Source: Phoronis australis
Taxonomy: Eukaryota; Animalia; Phoronida
NCBI GenBank assembly: GCA_002633005.1
Contig: NMRA01000030.1
Span: 1,599,015 to 1,663,014, forward strand
Length of the DNA stretch: 64,000 nucleotides
Direction: 5' to 3'
Numbering within the stretch: position 1 is the first letter of the stretch; every line of letters starts with the position of its first letter. The translations under genes and the position numbers were made by a program. The notes beneath the pieces were generated by a model. It did no database searches. It was not told the DNA's origin and saw nothing but the letters and a program-made list of their open reading frames with translations. Shown piece by piece: positions 56,701 through 64,000 of the stretch.

Positions 56701-59700
56701 GCTTAATTTTGGACTGACATCTGGTAGCGAATTAGAACTTATTCAACAGGACAACAGGTGTCACTGAAAACTAGGTCACACCAGATCACATGTTAGTAGT
56801 ATTTAATAAGTAGAATTGATACTAAAATTGACATTTTTATTATTAAAGGAACTTGGGAGGGGTGAGAGGGGTGGGAGGGGCGGAAGGGCTCTTGCCCACT
56901 GCCGTGACCACCCTGTGTTCTTATGAGCTGTAAGTTTGGCATCCGTTTGTTTTGTTATAAACTTCAACCTGGAATACCAGAGAAATGGCAAAGAAAATTA
57001 TCATGTAAACACCAAATAGCGTAAAAATGTTTACATGTAAACGCTGCCAATACATGATTTCTGATTTTCTTTCTCAAGTTACATACCAAGCTGTTGAAAT
57101 ACATACTTTCCCAATTTTTTGAAAATTCCAGCTGAAGTGCTCACCTCTGGATTAAGCACTCACTCACCAAATTTCAGGCTAACCAATTTAATCAACCAGG
57201 GCCTGTGTCTGAATTTTTACGGTATACGTCGAGGAAACAAGAAAACACAGCCTGACATAAACTTGTTAATGACTCATACCATAACCATGGTGACATGCAT
57301 TTTTCTTAAACAGAAAATGATGAGGAGTGAAGTCATATTCAACAGCACAGAAAAGCTGAAGTGATGAACTGATTATACTAATTTGATTTCTTTCCAGCAA
57401 AACATGCTTGTGAATTTCTCCAGAATTACGTATTATGGAAACACATAACACTAATAGACTGAGAAAATCAGTTCGATACAGATACCGCCAAATTGATACT
57501 GATAACATTTTGTTTTTGTTTTCAAAAGAATGGTGGCATACTACACCAGAGGCAATGACAACAAATTGAACATGTGCTCTTGGCAAACTTGAGTTAGACT
57601 TCATACAGGGTTTGGTTCACTTCATGATTAACTGAATTCGGAAATAAACCATGAAAACATTATTAAGACGGCCACACTTTCTAGTTCCAAAGGTTTTGAT
57701 TAAGTTCGCTTTCCCGTTTGGGGAACTTCAGTTTACTGAATCTTAAAACTTCGCCAAAACTTTGCTTACCTCTCCCACTTAACAGCGATATCAAAGTTAT
57801 CAAGACAACAGACGGCGCAGTTCATTCGTACTCTCAAACGAATATTGAGTAGTGGGTTCGAGGCTTAACTGAAAATTTTTTGCCTGCCATTTACATGGGA
57901 GGCGTAGCACTGAAATAAGTGGAGGGGCTATAGCCCCCCCTACCCCCTACATGGTGCGCCGCCCATGTCTACAGGTGACGCAGCACTGAAAAAACTGGGG
58001 GCTATAGCCTCCTAGGGTGAGCTGCCCATGCATTTACGATTGTTTATGAAATGAACAGTGTCATTCTTCATTGTATATATGCTTTCTTATTTATTTAAGT
58101 CTGGCTATTGAGAGCACATGGGGTATGCTACAATAACAAAGAACGCATTTTGTGAGTCTCGCATGATCGTATATCATTGCCATGACCTCTACCGATAACT
58201 TCGTTATCGACTAAGCTTCGCTTTCTAAGTGTTCCCACTACACCGAAACTTCGGTAGTACCAAAGCTTCGCTTTTAAATCCTACTATTTTAAGCAAAGTT
58301 TCGCTTGCAGATTAACTACTTTCCGAAACTTCAGTAAAAGAAAAGGGACCTAAGGCTCCAAGTGACTATTTGACAACTGCAGCCTTGAATTTTGCAACAC
58401 TTCTGGAGTGAACTATTTGAACAATTCCCAGTTGGAAGCATTAATAATACAACTACTCGGTATGGTAAGAGCAACTTCTGTTTGATCCCACTTTTGGTGG
58501 CAGAGTTAATAGAGACAAAACAAAATGTTTCTTTCACTGACATTTAGCTCATTCTGTGCTCTGCACCAAAGGAACAATTCTGCAAAATTTCATGAACACA
58601 CATCAAGGGGTTTTGGAGATACAGCAGTTGACACCAGGAGGATGTGAGCACGTAAAAATGTTGCGAAAATGCACTCACTCCAAATCACTCTCTAATTTAC
58701 AGCAAAACAGTAAGGCATTGCATGTGTGCACATAAATTACATAGCAAATCTCAATATGTCTATTGGCATCTGCAAAACAAATCACACTTTTGTCCATTCA
58801 TCCAACTGACACTTATAAATCTAGGCTCAACAAAAAGCAAAGCATAAAAAGTCATTCTACAGCCTCCAGTAAAGGCATAGCAACCAGACAAATAAATCAC
58901 TATCTGTCAGCTTCATCATGACTTTGTTATTTAAACAATAAGTTGGTAAATAAGTCACCAGCTCCACAGCCAGCTGGAGCCCAGTGATAAGAGAAAACAA
59001 AAACAGTTCTGTTTAGCCAATTTGCAGGCAGCAAGGTCAGCATTTAGAGTAATTGCACCTCTCAACCAGCAGGAGGGCATGCATTGACGTTAGGCTACTT
59101 CATTTAGAAACAGGACATAGTCAACAGACATTTTTGGGTGGCTTATGATTAATGATGCAGTCCACACAACCACTTATCATATAAGTTACCCCAACTGTAA
59201 GTTATCACTATGTTGGTGACTAGTGTGGACATGTGGACGCCATTCACACTTGACCCATCTACAACACCTAAGCCCACCTTATCCTAGGGTAACATTGTCT
59301 ATGGTAACTTGCTAATACATGCAAGTCACGGTGTAGACACAAACCTGTAGCCAAAGCAAAATTAACACACCTGTGGATTTGAACAATTACAATTCATACA
59401 GGTACCTAATCAGTTTCTGCCATGTTTGTCGCAAGACGTAGGACATGTAGTGTGGACGTTCCGCTTACTAGGGACAAGTTGTTCCAGGTAACTCATAGTG
59501 TGGACGTGATTTTTCTGTCACTCATTTCTTTCATGCAAGTACTTTATGGTGTTAAAACAACACTAAGTCAAGTTTACTGGAGAATTCAAACGATCCATCT
59601 ATTTGTTAAAAATCAGCTGAATTTCGAGATCAAATTTTCCCAGTAATGTTAAAATTAATTGGTTTATGCTTTCTAGCTGGTTACTGGGTTTTGCCAATCG

Positions 59701-62262
59701 AAAAAAATGTAGATCAAGACTTAAAACAGTGGAGTGCCTTAGTTTCAATTATCACACAGACAACCATATGATAGTGAAATATACTGAGCACTGAGGATAA
59801 AAACCAAGTCGACCAATCTCCGTAGATGACAAAAATTTTATTTCGTCTTCACCAACCAGGCCATTCATGACCAAGAAAATTTGATCAGGGCTCGACATAA
59901 CGAGCTGCAGGTCGCATTTGCGACCTGAAATTTGGAAATGCGAGCTGAGATTTTTGTCAGCTCGTATAAAGTCGCAAAATGCGACCTGGAATTTCCAACG
60001 AATGCGAGCTGAGTTTTTACACTTCTCAACAGATACCCGGCCAATACGAATCAGCTCTTGTTAATCCGACCGTTATTTGGTTGTTGCCAAATACAAGTTC
60101 AAAAGAACACTAACCGAGAACAGTCCTCCCGATGACTTGTAAGCAAGTCGCGTGAACATGGGATATGCAGAATCGATCTTTGACGCGTTTCATTGGCTAA
60201 CACTTTCGGCCACTTTTGTAAATTCCCGGATTCGCCGAAGNCAAACCTGTAGCCAAAGCAAAATTAACACACAATTCATACAGGTACCTAATCAGTTTCT
60301 GCCATGTTTGTCGCAAGACGTAGGACATGTAGTGTGGACGTTCCGCTTACTAGGGACAAGTTGTTCCAGGTAACTCATAGTGTGGACGTGATTTTTCTGT
60401 CACTCATTTCTTTCATGCTAATTACTTTATTTTGTTAAAACAACACTAAGTCAAGTTTACTGGAGACTTCAAACGATCCATCTATTTGTTAAAAATCAGC
60501 TGAATTTCAAGATCAAATTTTCCCAGTAATATTAAAATTAATTGGTTTATGCTTTCTAGCTGGTTACTGGGTTTTGCCAGTCGAAAAAATGTAGATCAAG
60601 ACTCAAAACAGTGGAGTGCCTTATTTTCAATTATCACACAGACAACCATATGATAGTGTAATATACTGAGCACTGAGGCTAAAAACCAAGTCGACCAATC
60701 TCCGTAGATGACAAAAATTTTATTTGGTCTTCACCAACCAGGCCATTCATGACCAAGAAAATTTGATGATAGGATTTTAGTGTTTTTGCTACTCTCGGCA
60801 GTCACCTGTTGAAATGAAACAGGGTTCAGACAGGTTGTCTATCAAAGGTTGGGGTACTAGATTACAGCGATAGGAGTCCCACATCTTAGATCATGTACAT
60901 ACTGAGGTACCAGGTTATAAAGCAGTCTTCAGGAGAAGAACCCGCACTTGACTCAAGGCTCTCGGGTCAGTTCTATACGAGGCCCCCGGCCCTCCCCCCC
61001 ACCTGTCACAAAAGAATTCAAAGCTATCAGGTCATCGCTTCATAAGGAGGCACCACATTTAAGTGATGTAACAAAGACCCACACTTGATTCAAAGCTCCT
61101 TAGCCCTGTCCTCATTATGAGGAACCAGCTTATAAAGGAAAGAGACCAGGACCTCCACACTAGCTTAAAAGCTTTTAGGTCATTTCCTCAAGGCACCAGA
61201 TTATAAAAGAGTAGGAAAAGGACCCCCACACTCAGGTCATGTCCTCATTTCAAAGGTTTTAGGTCATGTCCTTATAATGAGGAACCAGAAGCGTGTTCAA
61301 CAGAGTGAGAGCCCGCTAGTGTGTACTCGCGCACACAAGGAACAGCTACTGAACAGCTGTGAGCGCTCACTGTGCGATCCAGTATGGGGACTCTGAAGCA
61401 GATTGTGTTGAACGTCTTAGCTGATGAGCTTAACACTAACAGTCCTTCCTATGGCGTACTGAGCGATAAATATGATTAATCTTTGCCAATATTAATATCA
61501 GCAACCCAAGACAACAACCGTGAAGGCTTTGGAACGACAAGAATCGAAAATTACGTCGATGAAGCTGCCGTCCTTGCTACAGAGATCCACAATTTAAGTC
61601 GCACTTTCGGATGAGTCGGTCAACTTTTGAGGTTAGTATTCGTGTTGCAGAATCACAATGGGTTCATATGTTGCAGACGTGAAGCCTTCGCAGGACGCCA
61701 TCTTGGAAATCTAAGCGAACATGCTCTCGAGGTTGTTCTCGAGCGCTAACGTGAACACAGCTGTTCAGGTTGAGGGCACTCAAATCGCTCACGGGCGCTC
61801 ACTCTATTGGTTATATGTTATAGAGGAGTGGCATTATGGCATTATATATACTGCCACACTTGAATCAAAGCTCTCAGATCATGTCCCCATAATAAACAGA
61901 GAACGCATTCTGCCCCAGGTTATTACTCTTCTAGGAAAACAAAGGTCACCATTAAGACTTGTACTAAGTTTGGATAAAACAGAAAAAGTCAAATTAAAAT
62001 TTAATCTTCTAAAGAAAACATGTACTGCTTTGACCAAACAAACTGATACGTACCGGAAATGACGATGCACGTGTCACGTCCCCTGCGTTTCATACTTTTA
62101 TACGCTGAGTCAGCTAAGGCAAAAATGTGAGGAGGGCGCTCGTAGATCTCTCTTCCCCTATAGTCCTCAACATACTCCTTCCCATAGATGTTCAATGGGC
62201 GATATGGATTAACACTGACAACCACTTCACCAATGTATGTGTAGATGCGACCCTTTCCAAAT
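29710..62262 (-). CDS. MYO1D: Unconventional myosin class I, short-tailed MYO1D/G-type (Myo31DF-like); 20 exons in window, exon 1 not found
   Basis: Exons 62054-62262, 47842-47935 (P-loop GESGSGKT), 46380-46545 ([17 protein letters not shown]), 45854-46003, 45383-45502, 44759-44965, 43793-43935 (LDIYGFE), 43006-43120 ([14 protein letters not shown]), 41943-42053, 38578-38637, 37790-37935, 36754-36886, 36167-36333 (YVRCIKPN), 34933-35137, 34194-34417 (IQ region), 33526-33670, 33017-33118, 31918-32031, 31054-31205, 29710-29860 (TH1 tail, stop). All GT-AG, 2914 nt, phases consistent; no SH3. Confidence 0.92.
39379..41593 (-). mobile_element. Helentron-associated non-autonomous element (HINE/DINE-1-like) with internal diverged tandem repeats
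   Basis: Plus-strand AACAAGAG end and subTIR ATGCGCCCACA (39406); other end hairpin ATGCACCCACATA-CAAA-TATGTGGGCGCAT (41558-41587) next to a degenerate GACA/GGCA microsatellite; internal recurrent AAATTTCATGAAAATC and GGCCACTAG blocks. Confidence 0.75.
42525..43028. repeat. 38-bp minisatellite overlapping the 3' end of myosin exon 43006-43120
   Basis: Unit CAGTACTCATGTGTTGCCAGTCAATCCCTCAACACCCT, period 38 (42730, 42768, 42806...), about 13 copies, more degenerate away from the exon; N at 42557. Confidence 0.95.
48900..49250. repeat. Degenerate fragment related to the 39379 HINE-like repeat
   Basis: Shared ATGATCCTTC..GGCCACT..AAATTTCATGAA blocks; another trace at ~58560-58630. Confidence 0.4.
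49790..49930 (-). pseudogene. THAP-domain-like fragment from a decayed DNA transposon
   Basis: [10 protein letters not shown]...LKFFAFP resembles the THAP N-terminus; stop follows; no intact C..HF. Confidence 0.4.
51215..51300. mobile_element. 86-bp Tc1/mariner-type (TA TSD) MITE
   Basis: TA|CCATATTCGCCCTAAT..ATTAGGGCGAATACAG|TA. Confidence 0.8.
52561..54309. mobile_element. 1.75-kb non-autonomous Tc1/mariner/pogo-type element
   Basis: 24-bp TIR CC(A/G)TAAACGTTCGGGTTAACGCCC, TA TSD, about six TTAA(C/G)CGCCC subterminal motifs at each end; no recognisable transposase inside. Confidence 0.88.
55243..55471. repeat. 16-bp minisatellite (ACACTAGTGGTACACG) x~14
   Basis: Direct tandem array without unique spacers. 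Confidence 0.95.
57632..58334. mobile_element. PIF/Harbinger (Tourist-like) MITE
   Basis: TAA|CTGAATTCGGAAA..TTTCCGAAACTTCAG|TAA; internal AAGCTTCGCTT/CCGAAACTTC repeats. Confidence 0.55.
57894..58030. mobile_element. Tiny dimeric CATGG-ended MITE, opposite orientation to 21707
   Basis: CATGGGAGGCGTAGCAC..GCTGCCCATG; 6-bp TSD CATTTA at 57888-57893 and 58031-58036. Confidence 0.75.
59886..60240. mobile_element. Left end of a hAT-type element truncated by assembly gap
   Basis: CAGGGCTCGAC start with TGCGACCTG/TGCGAGCTG subterminal repeats; absent from the duplicated flank at 60242-60767. Confidence 0.75.
60880..61290. repeat. Old diverged tandem repeat (~70-80-bp units)
   Basis: Recurrent TTATAAA..CCCACACTTGA..AAAGCT..AGGTCATGTCC..GAGGAACCAG blocks. 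Confidence 0.55.
61295..61810. mobile_element. Inverted-repeat MITE-like element
   Basis: AACAGAGTGAGAGCCCG..CTGAACAGCTGTG vs CACAGCTGTTCAG..CGGGCGCTCACTCTATT. Confidence 0.55.
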
Positions 62263-63379
62263 CTGAAACCAATGTTGAAAGAAAGAACACTGCAGCAGTC
62301 GTGAACTCTCAATTCTTTGCAAGACAAGAGTCACATCTCATAAATCATCAGAAAGAAGACATTTTCTATTTACTGGAATAGCATACTTGCAATTCGTCAA
62401 ATATTTTCTAGTAGTGGCTTACAAGCAAATACGGTTTGATTAGTGATCTCTCACTGACACACTGACAGTGGTGTAAGCTGTATATGAGAAGATGTGCATC
62501 CTACAAAGATCGAGATAAGCTCCAGCAAGGTTGTCATGCTATGATGAAGACCCCTCAAAATCTTTGACCGCTAGGTTTGGACGTCAGGGGACTGGTTAGA
62601 CAACTGGTGCCACCGTCTCTGCTTTAGTAGAGACAGTGATGCTCCCATAGGGCCTTCACAAAGCGGAAGCTTTTCGGCGAATTATGCCTTAAACCGATGA
62701 CTGATTAAACCATCAAAATCACATTACTATACTGTATGTACCTTTTGCGCAAAGAGGAACACCTTAGGATGCCACATCAGTGTTTTTTTCGAGCAGTCCT
62801 TCGTTCAGTTGCCCAAATCAGCAACTGGCCGGTGCGCCGCCCATGAAAAAGTAGCCTAAAGATCAACAAACAGTCCGAAACGATGAAGATTTGAGTCATT
62901 GAGCAACTTTGGCACAAACAGTATTAATAAAGATAGTGATGATTCATTCAGGATCACATTATCAAAAAACACACACCCAGTCTCAGGCGAATAAAAAGGC
63001 CTAAGCCGCCGAGCACTGGAACCGGCTTCGAATATTTTACACGTCATGTACTGCATGCTAAGAGAGAATGAAACTGGGCGAGTAGCCATTACCTTAGTTC
63101 TAAGTTTTTCATAAATGAATCCAAATCGATTGTCTCTAGAAGGACAAAATCTCCAATTCCGAACTCGGGACCTTCGTGAATGCTCGCCATCTCGATGAAA
63201 ATGGGTTTGGCTAAAATTGGAATCTTCATTCAAAATCACAAGGAGTGGTTGCAGCGCCTTCTTTGGACCGATTGCCGAACCCTAAGCGCAGTAACTGTTT
63301 ATTTTATGTCGGCCTGAGGCACAGGTGGCAGTGGCCGATATAAAATGTGAAGCAATAACATACAAGAGACAAGACTATT

Positions 63380-63900
63380 ATGTATATAGAGAGCAAATTA
63401 ACATACAAGACTTTTCAATCATCAAATGACAAAATTTGGCAGGCAAACCTTGGTAAAATGTGATAAAGGTTTCAAGATTTTGACATCTTACACTTTCAGG
63501 AAGCTTATTCCAACCATTGGCAACTGTAGTGAATGAAGGTTCGTGTGATATTTTAGCAAACCCGGAGACACGTACAGTTTTTTCACGTATTTTACAATAA
63601 GGCATTCCGACTATGGACTTAAGAGGAGTGGAGACTTAAGACAGCAGCATATGGAGAATGGTGAATGAACACAATTTCAACGCAAACTATTTCAATTTCC
63701 TCTTGAACAGTACATAAATGCCATGCATGGGAAGAGGATATGTTCAAACATATCTAAAAAAGTGCATAGTAAATCTTTACCCAAAGTTGGCGTCAGTATC
63801 TAACAAGCGGCACTAAAGTCGGGACACAGGTAAACGTTATTTGTTGCTTTTATTCAGTGGACTAATGACCAATATTGTATAATTAGTTAATGTTCACTAA
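63380..63900 (-). mobile_element. Decayed CR1/L2-like LINE 3' fragment
   Basis: SF..VANGWNKLPESV..F C-terminal motif and upstream ..FALKLC-like remnant. Confidence 0.45.
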
Positions 63901-64000
63901 ATAGCAGTGTCAGAGAATCATCAGTCATTATTTTTTATCTCAAAAGTATACGTTTTCGTTTAGCTAGGGCGTATGGCCGGCACTTTTAGAGCACAGTATC

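Overview
AT-rich, intron-rich animal (invertebrate bilaterian-like) genomic DNA; no prokaryotic features. Three host genes lie on the minus strand. Two are tandem SDR9C-type short-chain dehydrogenases (RDH16/HSD17B6/BDH1-like): a complete 4-exon gene at 5361-12382 and a paralog at 141-2574 that runs off the left edge. The third is a class I myosin (MYO1D/Myo31DF-like) with 20 coding exons at 29710-62262; its exon 1 was not found and presumably lies beyond the right edge. The rest is dense with transposons. The most striking structure is a self-nested stack at 12661-17896 of three copies of one TAG...CTA-ended non-autonomous DNA transposon (AcademH-like). Each copy has an exact 9-bp TSD, and each inner copy sits about 55-66 bp from its host's right terminal hairpin end. 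The stack also holds a fourth TIR element, a SINE and an RTE LINE. Also present: a dead Sola2-like transposase split by two 5-bp-TSD hAT-like elements, a Helentron-type (HINE/DINE-1-like) element, a 38-bp minisatellite made from a myosin exon end plus its splice donor, a GC-AG intron, and a probable heterozygous TE insertion captured as a haplotype duplication at an assembly gap. All calls were made by eye from motifs, splice signals, TIRs and TSDs; TE superfamily names are inferences that need database confirmation.
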